Shown piece after piece: positions 43,839 to 53,803 of a stretch of DNA of 61,063 bases. This DNA comes from an uncultured Candidatus Saccharibacteria bacterium (GTDB lineage Bacteria > Patescibacteriota > Minisyncoccia > Phycocordibacterales > DATDWN01). Each line of letters begins with the position of its first letter. Positions within the stretch are counted from its first letter, which is position 1. The position numbers and the translations under genes are program-made. The stretch spans positions 1-61,063 of the forward strand of contig CAZRVD010000005.1 in NCBI GenBank assembly GCA_964603545.1, given 5' to 3'. Under the pieces are notes generated by a model. That model ran no database searches. It was not told where the DNA came from and saw nothing but the letters and a program-made list of their open reading frames with translations.

Positions 43839-45187
43839 TATAAATACACTCCCCCTTCGGCAAAAAGTAGAAACATATAAGGCCAAGCCTGGAAAGAAAG
43901 TCTTGGCCCCGCCGCTGGTCCAGAAAGTACCATAAGATAAGCAAATATAAAAATAAATACCCATGTCAGTCGACTTTGTCTATTTTTCCAAATTCCAAAT
44001 AGTGAAACAAAATAAGCAAACAACCATAAAATCCTTTCGGCAAATTTCCACCATACTTCCTTTATGCTTTTATAAAAAGTACCCCAATCTCCTGAAATAA
44101 GTGCATTGATAGCCCCGTATTGAAACTCTCTTTTTTGGTCTACAGCTGAATCATATGCATCTCTCATAAAAAGAATTGATGATGGAAAAAGGAATGGAAT
44201 AGAAGATGTTAGGTGAAATTTTAGATATGAAAATGGCATGTCTAAAATTATTTTCTCTCCTGCCTTACTTATTTGTTTAGCATAATTAATGTTACGCCCA
44301 CCGTAATCCTGCCAAATGTAGTTGGGGACTCCTGCAACTTTCAGAAAATTTGCTATCTCCTCTTCTTCTTTCGTGCCGTTTTTATAAGAAAGAAACTTTG
44401 GAATAGCAAAGCTTAGATTTTCCGCTTCGAAAGTATTAAAACTCCTGATACCAGTTTGAACAGAATTTCGCGCTATCCAAGGAACTATTGATAGAAGTAT
44501 CATAAAAAACATTACGCCCAAAAGTTTAGCCTGTAATTTAAACGGTAATTTTGTGACCAAAATAGGTAGCATAAAAATAGGGAGAGCAAAAAGCCCCATA
44601 CCTCTAACATATATTGCTGATATAAAAATTAAAGAAACCATAATAACTTTTATAAATGGCTTCCTTTCATTAATTGTGATAGCTAGATAAAATCCGAGAG
44701 TAAAAAGAAAAATAAAAAGCACATCTGTTAGTATAAGAAGAGAAAGAGTCATGGTCACCGGGTTAACAAGCAAAAGTGTAGCTGAAATCTCTCCAACTTT
44801 ATTTCCAGAAAAAACGATGCCTATTCTTCGCAGAATTAAGATTGTGACAAAAACAAGTAAAATTTGAACGAAAGTCACAACAAAGTAAGACCGGCCAACT
44901 GTTTTTAAAATCCCTACAAATAGTGGGTAACCAGGCATCCTAAGTGTCTCAATTCTCCCGTTTGAAGAAAGCCCATCGCCCCGCATTAGAGACTGTGAAA
45001 GCAAAACATACTCGTGACTATCTTTTGGAGCTGTGGGTAATACTGGTTCAAAATTTTTTACTGTTTGGTTAGAAGACAACTTAATGGTATAAAACCACAA
45101 ACCGAGATAGATAAACGCCATTACAATTAAAACAATTTTAAACCAAGGAGACAGGGAGTCTATTTCTTTTTTTAGTTTTGAAAACAT
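43790..45187 (-). CDS. polytopic membrane glycosyltransferase (ArnT/PMT-like, GT-C fold)
   Basis: 465 aa; multiple TM segments; LRMPGYPLFVG loop typical of the ArnT/PMT_2 family (from memory). Confidence 0.6.
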   Translation of the reverse strand: MFSKLKKEIDSLSPWFKIVLIVMAFIYLGLWFYTIKLSSNQTVKNFEPVLPTAPKDSHEYVLLSQSLMRGDGLSSNGRIETLRMPGYPLFVGILKTVGRSYFVVTFVQILLVFVTILILRRIGIVFSGNKVGEISATLLLVNPVTMTLSLLILTDVLFIFLFTLGFYLAITINERKPFIKVIMVSLIFISAIYVRGMGLFALPIFMLPILVTKLPFKLQAKLLGVMFFMILLSIVPWIARNSVQTGIRSFNTFEAENLSFAIPKFLSYKNGTKEEEEIANFLKVAGVPNYIWQDYGGRNINYAKQISKAGEKIILDMPFSYLKFHLTSSIPFLFPSSILFMRDAYDSAVDQKREFQYGAINALISGDWGTFYKSIKEVWWKFAERILWLFAYFVSLFGIWKNRQSRLTWVFIFIFAYLMVLSGPAAGPRLSFQAWPYMFLLFAEGGVYLYQRFLLGKNPNSFNLQ

Positions 45188-45193
45188 AAATCT

Positions 45194-46885
45194 TTATATT
45201 TTTATGTCTGGAATATCCCTGCAGTCATACACAACGGCAGACATTTTTTTATCAACCTTACTATATATATTTTTACATGAATTAAAATATTTCTGATACA
45301 CACTAGTAGGATCAATACGTGGCACATCAAGAACAAAATAATGCTCTTTGTATTTATTCAGAGTTTCAATTTTATTGTTTATATCAAATTTAGGATCAAC
45401 GTAGAGACGTTTCCTGTACTTACCAATCTGTTGTATTTCATTCCCTCCATTATCATTGTACACAGTAACCATTTTTATATCTGGATTATCTTTAATATAA
45501 ATAACTGCTTCTTTTAATAAACCTGGAGCATAACCATTAAAGTAGCCTGTTAAATATTCCAGGGTAAAAACTAAGTTATAGGTAAGTCCGATTGGTATAA
45601 GAAAAACCAATACAAGTTTCTTGTAATCTGTTTTTATTTTTCCAAATGCTACAAAAATAAATGTCACTAACCAACTTAATGCAATAAATAAGAAAGAGAT
45701 GTAAAAACCTAAAGGCCCAGAACCGCCAGAAAATGGGTAAACAAAATTCCATTTTAATGAAAGCACTCTACCTATCCAATCTGATTTGGGATGAAGTGAC
45801 GGCACATAATGAGGCACAGATTGAAGTAAAATCAGTATTAAACCTACAATCATACCTAGACATAAAAATCCTTTATATTTTCTATCGTCACCATCAAGTA
45901 TTTTTGAAATAACTGCCGTAGAAATAACAGTAAGAGGTAAAATCAGAAGCTGTAAATATCTATCTAGTGCTCCAATCGAAAAATCAAAAAGTAATATGTA
46001 AAAGATAAATGAAAATAATAGAAAAAATACAAACGCTCCTACCTTAGAAAAGCTATTTTTACTTCCAAGAAATGGGATTAAAACTAGAAATGGAGATGTA
46101 TAGAAAAGTGCTTTTATACACTGAATAGTAGTTTGAAACCACCCTCTGTCTCCAATTAAAAAATGTTTCCAGTATTCAAAAGAAGCAGAAAGATCAAAAA
46201 ACGGAAAAATAAACTTAGCTAGAAATAAAAGCAACCCAAGCCCAAAAACTCCAACCATTATAAACGTAAAATATTTAAGTGCCTGGTTTTTTGAAAGCAG
46301 GTGTTTCTTTGACCAAAGAAAATCTACCAGAATTGCACAAATAGCTAAAAGAAAACTAACCTTAACAAAAAACCCGCAAATGGAAGAAGCTAATAGTAAA
46401 CCACCCCACAGGTATCTTTTGTTACCTTCAGACTCCAGTAATTTATAATAACCAATGAGTGATAGAAGAAAGAAAAAAGGTAAAATCTGTCCGTCAGTAT
46501 CAACCATAAGTGATGCCAAAACCGAGAAGTAGGAAAATATCCAGATAAAGGAAGCTATAAGAGCCTCTTTCCTTCCAAATAAAATCTTCATTAGAAAGTA
46601 GAGTAAAATCAGATTAACTGCACCAAAAAATAAAGGTATAAATCTGAAGTTAACATTGTAGCCGACAATCTGACCAGCGTTCCTGTAAATAAATTCGGAT
46701 AGTGGAGGATGCGGTATAAGCATATCTCCTGTGTTTGCTGGGTTAACAATAATAGGCCATTTATATTCGTCTTGGTGAAGCGGTAAATCCACCCCAGGTA
46801 GGCGGATTAGAACAAAAATTAAGACAAGACAAACAACAAGAAGCCATTCGTTTTGTACCAAAAAATCTCTTATTTTTGGAGCCAT
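45194..46885 (-). CDS. polytopic membrane glycosyltransferase (PMT_2/ArnT-like, GT-C fold)
   Basis: 563 aa; first-loop LHQDEYKW (DE motif); >10 TM segments. Confidence 0.65.
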   Translation of the reverse strand: MAPKIRDFLVQNEWLLVVCLVLIFVLIRLPGVDLPLHQDEYKWPIIVNPANTGDMLIPHPPLSEFIYRNAGQIVGYNVNFRFIPLFFGAVNLILLYFLMKILFGRKEALIASFIWIFSYFSVLASLMVDTDGQILPFFFLLSLIGYYKLLESEGNKRYLWGGLLLASSICGFFVKVSFLLAICAILVDFLWSKKHLLSKNQALKYFTFIMVGVFGLGLLLFLAKFIFPFFDLSASFEYWKHFLIGDRGWFQTTIQCIKALFYTSPFLVLIPFLGSKNSFSKVGAFVFFLLFSFIFYILLFDFSIGALDRYLQLLILPLTVISTAVISKILDGDDRKYKGFLCLGMIVGLILILLQSVPHYVPSLHPKSDWIGRVLSLKWNFVYPFSGGSGPLGFYISFLFIALSWLVTFIFVAFGKIKTDYKKLVLVFLIPIGLTYNLVFTLEYLTGYFNGYAPGLLKEAVIYIKDNPDIKMVTVYNDNGGNEIQQIGKYRKRLYVDPKFDINNKIETLNKYKEHYFVLDVPRIDPTSVYQKYFNSCKNIYSKVDKKMSAVVYDCRDIPDIKI

Positions 46886-46926
46886 ATACGAAAAATATTA
46901 ACAAAATAAGACCGTTTTAGATACTC

Positions 46927-46955
46927 TTGCTTTTTGTGGCAATATGTGATACAAT
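46927..46955 (+). promoter_or_regulatory. sigma70-like promoter of GC-rich cassette 3
   Basis: TTGCTT (46927-46932), 17-nt spacer, TACAAT (46950-46955). GAGGAGG SD at 46963-46969. Confidence 0.55.
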
Positions 46956-46976
46956 TATCGTAGAGGAGGTGGAGAA

Positions 46977-47579
46977 ATGCTCGTTGACTGGCTTGCCAAT
47001 AAGTGGGCCGTTAACGACCCACTCCCACACAGATGCGATCTGTTGGTCCCCGTCGCCCATGGAGCAACTTCAGATAGGCTGACCTGTGGCGCAGAGTCCG
47101 TAGCCCGCAAAACAGTTGAAATCCGTTCGCAACTGCGGGGTATCGGACAACTCCCGTATTTGGTTTTTGGAGCCTTTACTGGATCCGAAAAACCCGAACT
47201 GGAGAAAGTCGAGAAACACAAGATCTTCAGAACAGGAAAGTATGTTGGCACGGTCATTAGCACAATTGAGGAGTGCCTGAAGGTGAAGAGAAATCTTCCC
47301 GATGGGTTTACTCCAAGAAACATTGTGGTTGTGACCGATGAAGCTCACTCCAGGCGGTGTCGTATTGTGTGGCGAACTTTCTTCCCACAATCCAACGTGA
47401 AAATGATATCGGTAAAGTTGTCCGATGCGATCGACGCCAAAAGTCCAATGACTGCGTATGGTAACCCTTGGAAGGCTTTGTTCTTTCAAGCAGGGCCGAC
47501 GCCAGTGTACTGGCTGTTCAGCCGTGGTGGAGCGAAATGCCTTTCGAGGCTATCGCATCTACACACACCGACTAAGTAA
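46977..47579 (+). CDS. DUF218/YdcF-like protein, GC-rich (cassette 3)
   Basis: 200 aa; IVVVTDEAHSRRCRIVWRTFFP resembles the conserved VTS..H..R segment of DUF218 (ElyC/YdcF) proteins. Strong SD 7 nt upstream of the ATG. Confidence 0.7.
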   Translation: MLVDWLANKWAVNDPLPHRCDLLVPVAHGATSDRLTCGAESVARKTVEIRSQLRGIGQLPYLVFGAFTGSEKPELEKVEKHKIFRTGKYVGTVISTIEECLKVKRNLPDGFTPRNIVVVTDEAHSRRCRIVWRTFFPQSNVKMISVKLSDAIDAKSPMTAYGNPWKALFFQAGPTPVYWLFSRGGAKCLSRLSHLHTPTK

Positions 47580-47582
47580 CCC

Positions 47583-47621
47583 CGAGCCCCCGTCACAGCG
47601 ACGTGGGGCTCGTTCTTTTTT
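47583..47621 (+). terminator. intrinsic terminator of cassette 3
   Basis: CGAGCCCC-CGTC..GACG-GGGGCTCG followed by TTCTTTTTT. Overlaps the stop of the convergent methyltransferase gene. Confidence 0.75.
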
Positions 47622-48264
47622 ATTTAGAAAGTTTTGCAATAAAGAGCATTTGACCGGCCAGTGGCTTCCACGGTGAATTCAAATATGCTCGAATCAGAAC
47701 TGGAAACACCGGGATAAAACTTGGTCTAGATTTTAAAGAGAAAGGGAGAAACTTTGGTTTTTTTAATTCAATTTCCATACCATGACTTAGTAAAAATGTC
47801 TCAAGTGACACATCTGAAAAAACCTTTTTATGTGTATGATCATCAAAATAAGTTTTGTATGACAATCTATAGTTTGGTTGCATTAAAATTAATCTTCCAC
47901 CTTTTTTTAATACTCTTTTAATCTCCCCCATTGTAGTTTCAAGTTCACCATCTGAAAGATGTTCAAATAAATTACTTGCAAACACAACATCAACTGTGGC
48001 ATCACCTACTGCGCTCATATCTGTTACACTAGAATTAACAATTCTAACTCCCTCTTTTGCGTAGTTTTTTAAATCTGGAGAATAATCAAGAGCTATTCTG
48101 TTTTTTGAATTAACATTATTAATAAAATCACAGTAACCTGCACCAATATCCATTACTGTTCCATCGATAGGTAAAAAACTAGACAGATACCTAACTATCT
48201 CCTTCCACACAACTTCCCTATCGTTATCCCAAACATATCTAGATTTATAATATGGATCTGTCAT
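47620..48264 (-). CDS. SAM-dependent methyltransferase
   Basis: VMDIGAGYCD motif I; NLFEHL; LKKGGRL. Confidence 0.75.
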   Translation of the reverse strand: MTDPYYKSRYVWDNDREVVWKEIVRYLSSFLPIDGTVMDIGAGYCDFINNVNSKNRIALDYSPDLKNYAKEGVRIVNSSVTDMSAVGDATVDVVFASNLFEHLSDGELETTMGEIKRVLKKGGRLILMQPNYRLSYKTYFDDHTHKKVFSDVSLETFLLSHGMEIELKKPKFLPFSLKSRPSFIPVFPVLIRAYLNSPWKPLAGQMLFIAKLSK

Positions 48265-48977
48265 TATATTTTTTTAAATTTATATTTAAAAATAAGTGGA
48301 AGCATTTTGAAACCAAGTATAGCCGCCCGTATAGTGCTTCCTGTATAACCAGACACACCAACTCTTTCTTTATATATTACAGGGATCTCTATTATCTTCT
48401 TCTCTAACCTAACTAGCCATATCATTATCTCTGGAGAAAAAGTCCCGTCACCCCTTGATTCTGGGAAATATTTTTTTATTTTTTCTAGCGCCTCTCTATT
48501 TAATAATTTACACGTACAACCAACATCGGTTAAAACTGGTCCGTTATAAAGCACCTCTATTATTTTTGCCCAAAGCCAATTTGCGAACCTCACTGGAAAA
48601 GGCATAAAAGCACCAGACCATATAGCAGCACGAGACGTTCTAGTTCCAAAAACAACAGGAAAGTCATCGCTATAAAGTAAAAACTTATGCAAGTCACTCG
48701 GTTTAAAAGTTCCATCCACTTCCGTCATAAAAATCAAATCCCCTGTTGCCTCTGACAGAGCTCTCATGTATGCAAAACCATAACCCTGTTTTGATTCCAG
48801 CACTCTAACTGCTTTTGTCTTTGCTATTTCTTCTTTTGTATTACCCTTGGCGTTATTGTCAACAGCTATAACCTCATCAACCAATCCTGTTGCAAAATAC
48901 CCTTCAATTTCAGACCGAATAGAGTCTGCCTCGTTATAGGTACCGAACACAACACTGACTTTTTTATTTTTATACAT
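48264..48977 (-). CDS. GT2-family glycosyltransferase
   Basis: VSVVFGTYNEADSI; DNNAKGNT; 237 aa. Confidence 0.8.
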   Translation of the reverse strand: MYKNKKVSVVFGTYNEADSIRSEIEGYFATGLVDEVIAVDNNAKGNTKEEIAKTKAVRVLESKQGYGFAYMRALSEATGDLIFMTEVDGTFKPSDLHKFLLYSDDFPVVFGTRTSRAAIWSGAFMPFPVRFANWLWAKIIEVLYNGPVLTDVGCTCKLLNREALEKIKKYFPESRGDGTFSPEIMIWLVRLEKKIIEIPVIYKERVGVSGYTGSTIRAAILGFKMLPLIFKYKFKKI

Positions 48978-48978
48978 T

Positions 48979-50001
48979 TTAATTTATTTCTTCAAATAAC
49001 TTTTTCATTAAACTATCCAGACTTTGAGATTCAACAAATTTTGTAAGATCTTTTTGAATTTTTATTTGCTCAGTTGGATCAATTAGTTGCTTAATGGAAT
49101 CTGCGATACTTTGTGGACTAGTATCTGTAATGCAAACCTGGGGTAACAGTCCATCAAATGAATGACTTGAAACAAGTGGTATAACACCACAACCAGCTGC
49201 TTCAACAATTGTTTTGTCAAAAGATCCAGGCTCGGTTAGATTTAAACATATTTCAAAGCTACTGTATATTTCTGGAAGTTTATTAGGTGAAACAGCTCCA
49301 CCAAAACTGACTATCTTTGACAAATTATTATCTTCAACATATTTATGAAGCTTTTTGGAAAAATCGACATCTCTGTCCAAAATGCCTCCAATAAAACTCA
49401 TAGACACCTGAACTCCTTGTGAAGTCAGAATATTTAAAGCCTCTAGTGCCAATTCATTGTGTTTTATTGGTGAAAGTCTACCCACCATACAAACGGAATA
49501 TTTCTTTCTGACCGCCCCTGAAACTTGTCTAAATATTTCTGTGTTAATACCTGCTGGCATTATTTTCACTTTTTTAAACCTGGCTGTAAAAGAATGTATT
49601 GATGTACAAAAAACTTTTGTAGAAATCAAAATAGCTAAATAAGTTAAAAGGTTTCCCTTTGGATGATTTCTCCAAAGAAATACCGGAGTACCTTTCCATT
49701 TCCAATACAAACCCAGAGAAAATACATACTCTTGGTTCATATGAACAAAAACTGTGTCATACTTACCCCGCAATAAAAACAGATACCGGTAGACACCAAA
49801 TATATATTTCAATCTACCAATTCCATAACCCTTGCCGATTTGATGAATTTTTACATTATCTCCAAAACTGTATTCTCCTGATTCAATACAAATAACTTCC
49901 ACCGATTCACATCTTTCAGATATTTTTATTACCCAGTCATGAAAAAACCCAAGCACTGAATCATTCCTATCTATTTTTTGCGTAAAAACTAAAAGTCTCA
50001 T
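48979..50001 (-). CDS. GT-B fold glycosyltransferase (GT4/GT1-like)
   Basis: 340 aa; EPGSFDKTIVEAAGCGVIPL C-terminal motif. Confidence 0.7.
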   Translation of the reverse strand: MRLLVFTQKIDRNDSVLGFFHDWVIKISERCESVEVICIESGEYSFGDNVKIHQIGKGYGIGRLKYIFGVYRYLFLLRGKYDTVFVHMNQEYVFSLGLYWKWKGTPVFLWRNHPKGNLLTYLAILISTKVFCTSIHSFTARFKKVKIMPAGINTEIFRQVSGAVRKKYSVCMVGRLSPIKHNELALEALNILTSQGVQVSMSFIGGILDRDVDFSKKLHKYVEDNNLSKIVSFGGAVSPNKLPEIYSSFEICLNLTEPGSFDKTIVEAAGCGVIPLVSSHSFDGLLPQVCITDTSPQSIADSIKQLIDPTEQIKIQKDLTKFVESQSLDSLMKKLFEEIN

Positions 50002-50447
50002 TGTAAAATATTATTTTCGGGTTTATATTTGAAGACAAAATTTCGAGAAATAAAAAAACTAACACAGGCGACAAGAAGCCCAACGATAATCTGTGACAAA
50101 ATAACTTGAACGTGAATATGATCTACAAAAATATACATTAAGATTGTATTTAGAGATAAACCAAAAAGAGAAGTCAGTAGGTAAATCGCCATTTGTCTGT
50201 GAGTAGCCTCTTCATGACTTTTAAAAGTCCAGAACTTATGAAGTAGAAAACTAACAAAAAAAGCTACGAGAAACGCCAGTATAGCCGAGATTAAGTAATA
50301 AATACCTAAAATAGTGTTTAAAATATATAAGACAGCAATATCTGTAACCCCAGCAGTGCTACCAGATATGAAGTACCTAAGACCCACATATCTAGAAGTT
50401 ATTTCAAAAAAGAGACTGATGTATTTATCCATATATTCTTTAGGCAT
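49998..50447 (-). CDS. GtrA-family membrane protein
   Basis: 149 aa; four TM helices; size and topology typical of GtrA. Confidence 0.65.
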   Translation of the reverse strand: MPKEYMDKYISLFFEITSRYVGLRYFISGSTAGVTDIAVLYILNTILGIYYLISAILAFLVAFFVSFLLHKFWTFKSHEEATHRQMAIYLLTSLFGLSLNTILMYIFVDHIHVQVILSQIIVGLLVACVSFFISRNFVFKYKPENNILQ

Positions 50448-51591
50448 TTTTTGTAAGTTCTTCTAGCAAACCTATATATCTATCCACATAATCCTCTTTT
50501 GATATCACTACTTCTTTAATACTATCACGCATGTTATCACTAAACGACTTGCGTTTTTCTTCATTTGTTATTAAATCTTTGAGCCTTTCTCCCAGACAAT
50601 CTGTATCTCCTACAGGGCAAACATATGAGTTAAAACCGTCCTTAAATAGGCCAGTTTGGGCTATACCCACATTAGTAGTAACAATGGGGCAACCAGAGGC
50701 CCCTGCCTCTATTAGAGTCATCCCGTAGCCCTCATATTCAGAGGTAAGGAGGAAAATATCTGACTGCCTGTAAAAAAGTGCAAGTATATCAATATTGTCC
50801 ATCCATCCCTTGAACACAACTCGATTATCTATTCCAAGTTCTTTAGCCATTTTTTTTATATTATTCTCTTCAGGACCAACTCCAAATATAACCAGTCCAG
50901 AATCTGGGTAGGTATTCGTAACTTTTTTAATAACATTGAGAGCAATATCAAACCTCTTCTCTTTTGTTAAACGAGAATACATAAATATATTATTTTTAAA
51001 TGGTAGTGACGAAGGAGTTAATTGTTCTTTGTTTGTCACTAAATTTTCAATTCTCTCAACGTCAACAAAAACAGGTAAGATTTTTATAATTGGTTTAAGT
51101 TTAGGATATTTACTTTCAATAGAAGTTTTTATAGGCTCACTTACCACCCTTATTTGACTTGCATTCTTTAAAACAAACCAGGATATTATTTTCCTAATAG
51201 AATTAAAAAATCCCTTAAAGTATGGGCTCAAAAAATCCGTGTGAACCTGAACTTGTAATGGCAGACTAAAATACCAAGCAAAGACAGCCCCCACGAACCC
51301 AGTTTGAAATGCGTCTTGAGTTGATATTACTGAATTTTTTGAGAAACTATTTGTTTTAATTATTTTTCGGCCCAAAAAATAAGCATCTAAAACGTAAAAC
51401 CATTGACTAATAGAGTTGGTGGGATAAATAAAAAGATTACCCTCTTTTTTATAAACACACCCCTCCTTTTTTAAAGTAAAGACTAGGACATGAAGTTCGT
51501 CCATTTTCTTCGCATACTCGTTTTGACGCGTAAAAACAGCACTTTTCTCATCAAACAACTTCCTGTCTGTACCAATGGATAATACTTTCAT
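50440..51591 (-). CDS. GT4-family glycosyltransferase
   Basis: LTSEYEGYGMTLIEAGASGCPIV motif. Confidence 0.85.
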   Translation of the reverse strand: MKVLSIGTDRKLFDEKSAVFTRQNEYAKKMDELHVLVFTLKKEGCVYKKEGNLFIYPTNSISQWFYVLDAYFLGRKIIKTNSFSKNSVISTQDAFQTGFVGAVFAWYFSLPLQVQVHTDFLSPYFKGFFNSIRKIISWFVLKNASQIRVVSEPIKTSIESKYPKLKPIIKILPVFVDVERIENLVTNKEQLTPSSLPFKNNIFMYSRLTKEKRFDIALNVIKKVTNTYPDSGLVIFGVGPEENNIKKMAKELGIDNRVVFKGWMDNIDILALFYRQSDIFLLTSEYEGYGMTLIEAGASGCPIVTTNVGIAQTGLFKDGFNSYVCPVGDTDCLGERLKDLITNEEKRKSFSDNMRDSIKEVVISKEDYVDRYIGLLEELTKNA

Positions 51592-52607
51592 TTTATTCTA
51601 TTAAAAATAGTTATATATTCTTGTGCTATTTCTTCCCAGGTATGTACAAAAGAAAAATTTCTTATTTTTTCCACTTGTCTTTTATAGTTTTCTTCGTTTA
51701 AAATCCAGAGTATCTTTTCCTTTATATCATTTTCATCTTTTGGATTTATCATTATTGATATATCCTTTATTCGATCAGTTAATCCGTTTTCTTCAGTCAG
51801 GATAAAAGGCTTATCTAGATTTATTGCATCAGATATCATGTGTGGGCTAATATCACTTAAAGAAGCTTGAATTACTGCATAAGCATCTCTCATTTTTTCT
51901 ACAAATTCATTAAAAGGTGCATTGTTTATATCCAACCTAGCCCCAGTAGATTTTATTTCTTCTTTGTCAAAAACATTTTGTAATAGAATATTATTTTTTA
52001 ATTTGAGTTTTCTTGCTCCGGCTACAAAAGTTCTATTTTTTGGTATGGAAATTTCATAATTATTTTTTTCTTTTCTATCATAATGATTCTCTACGATATA
52101 TGTTTTGTCTTTATTAAGGCCATAAGGTTCAAGAAAAATATTCATTTGCCAGCTTGTACTAAAAACTAAAAGGTTGGTATTACTTAATGTCCATTTTGTA
52201 ATTGAAAAAGTTATTTTATCTTTAAAAGAAAATCTGTTCATTCTAGTTTTATAAAAATCTTTTAACAAAACCATATCCCCTGTACGTTCAATGTAGTTTT
52301 CCCAAATAAAATCACCTCCGGTTCTTATTACAACCTTCTTTTTCAAAATCTTTGCAATTAGAACTGATGGAAAACCAACACTAAAAGTATCGAGAGAAAA
52401 GATTACTTCTGACCTTAAAACACTGGGTAGTATTTTAACTAAGAACCATAAATGCCGAAAACCAGTCGGTAATAAGTTTTCTGTTGTATAAGTTTTAATA
52501 ATAACTTCATGACCCATCTTCCGCCATAAATCCTCCATATTTTTAGCATATTGAGCAGGACCTGAAGTCTTTGGAGGGTATATGCCAGTTGTTATAAGTA
52601 TTCTCAT
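51588..52607 (-). CDS. GT-B fold glycosyltransferase-like protein
   Basis: 339 aa; MRILITTGIYPPKTSGPAQY N-terminus typical of GT4-like enzymes. Confidence 0.65.
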   Translation of the reverse strand: MRILITTGIYPPKTSGPAQYAKNMEDLWRKMGHEVIIKTYTTENLLPTGFRHLWFLVKILPSVLRSEVIFSLDTFSVGFPSVLIAKILKKKVVIRTGGDFIWENYIERTGDMVLLKDFYKTRMNRFSFKDKITFSITKWTLSNTNLLVFSTSWQMNIFLEPYGLNKDKTYIVENHYDRKEKNNYEISIPKNRTFVAGARKLKLKNNILLQNVFDKEEIKSTGARLDINNAPFNEFVEKMRDAYAVIQASLSDISPHMISDAINLDKPFILTEENGLTDRIKDISIMINPKDENDIKEKILWILNEENYKRQVEKIRNFSFVHTWEEIAQEYITIFNRIK

Positions 52608-52627
52608 GGTTTGTTTATTGTATTTAC

Positions 52628-53803
52628 TTAGAGAGCCTTGTCAAAGACCTCTTTCATTTGAACCGATACATGATTCCAGTCATACCTGTCTTTCACTCTG
52701 TTGTATGCATTTTCTACCATTTGATTCCGCAAACTATCATCTTCCAAAATAAGATTAACCGCCTTAGCTATACTCTGCGGGTTATTAGGAGAACAATAAA
52801 CTCCAGTCTCTTTGTCATTAATAAAATCCACTATTCCTCCAACGGGCGTTGCTATCACGGGTAGTTTGGCGGCCATTGCCTCTATAAATGAATTTCCAAA
52901 ACCCTCTGAACGACTTGGTCGAATAAAAATATCACACGTCGAAAAATATTTTGGAATGTCAGTATATGGAACAAAGCCAAGAAATTTTACTCTATGTGCG
53001 ACACCTAAATCATTTGCTAGTTTTTGCAATTTAGGACCATCATCCCCCCTCCCTATTACAACCAAACTAATGTCTTTATTTAGTTTTGGAAGAGCGGAAA
53101 TAATATCGTCTGTTGCATTTTTGTGGGTTAATCTACCAGTAGTTACAAGAAATATCTCGCCGTCCTTCTTTCCTAAAGTGTTTTTCATATCTACCCTAAC
53201 ATTCTCATCAATTTCTTTTCCAAATAGATCAACGTCCACACCATTTGGCACAAGAAAACTCTCACCCTTATATCCATTTTTCTCTGCTCTGTTAAGTAGA
53301 AAATTACTTATCGCGGTTAATACATCTGTATTTCTAAGCGCAAGTTTCCATGACAGAGCGATAAGGCCAAGCCATCTAAAATTCAAATGCGCCTCTGAGT
53401 CCCCTTCTTGTAGAGTCAAAATCATAGGAATTCTTTTTTGAAAAGTAAGTTTTCTATAAATATTAAAAATATACCCCGCTCCACTTCCAAAAGTAGCCAT
53501 CATTCCCCACATACAAAAATATTCATTTCTCTTATTTAATTTTCTAACAAGCAGAAAACCTCTAAATGGTAGGAGTATTTTATCCCAAGTCACATTTCCA
53601 TTTCCTATTCTATACACAGTTACATTCCCGACCTTCTCAATTTTCGGAAGCCCCTTTTTTAATTTCGCTGTTATTAAATCAAAATCAAAATCATTTCCAA
53701 GTCTGTCTGTAATTTCCTTTATGGCAACTTCAGCCCCCCCAACAAAAGGATAGTACGCTGTAGACAAAATTAGAATTCTTTTTTTGTTATTTTTTTCCGT
53801 CAT
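52628..53803 (-). CDS. GT4-family glycosyltransferase
   Basis: PSRSEGFGNSFIEAMAAKLPVI motif. Start taken at MTEKNNKKRILIL (the tracked ORF extends to 53845 and would overlap the upstream gene further). Confidence 0.85.
   Translation of the reverse strand: MTEKNNKKRILILSTAYYPFVGGAEVAIKEITDRLGNDFDFDLITAKLKKGLPKIEKVGNVTVYRIGNGNVTWDKILLPFRGFLLVRKLNKRNEYFCMWGMMATFGSGAGYIFNIYRKLTFQKRIPMILTLQEGDSEAHLNFRWLGLIALSWKLALRNTDVLTAISNFLLNRAEKNGYKGESFLVPNGVDVDLFGKEIDENVRVDMKNTLGKKDGEIFLVTTGRLTHKNATDDIISALPKLNKDISLVVIGRGDDGPKLQKLANDLGVAHRVKFLGFVPYTDIPKYFSTCDIFIRPSRSEGFGNSFIEAMAAKLPVIATPVGGIVDFINDKETGVYCSPNNPQSIAKAVNLILEDDSLRNQMVENAYNRVKDRYDWNHVSVQMKEVFDKAL

Noticed and set aside
46955-47676. ORFs 46955-47323(-), 47070-47489(-) and 47458-47676(+)
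   Set aside because: Shadow frames of the GC-rich DUF218-like gene. They have no start context and implausible composition.
52812-53441. 209-aa plus-strand ORF antisense to the GT4 gene. Many similar 60-110-aa antisense ORFs occur throughout the track (3674-4617, 8009-8425, 11108-11920, 13471-13743, 20375-22383, 28838-29785, 32264-32660, 33778-35574, 40636-40887, 41560-41811, 42333-43095, 49457-49895, 50531-51157, 54025-55523, 57176-58080).
   Set aside because: They overlap long ORFs that carry clear family motifs, and their products are Ser/Leu/Phe/Ile-rich as expected from antisense AT-rich coding DNA.
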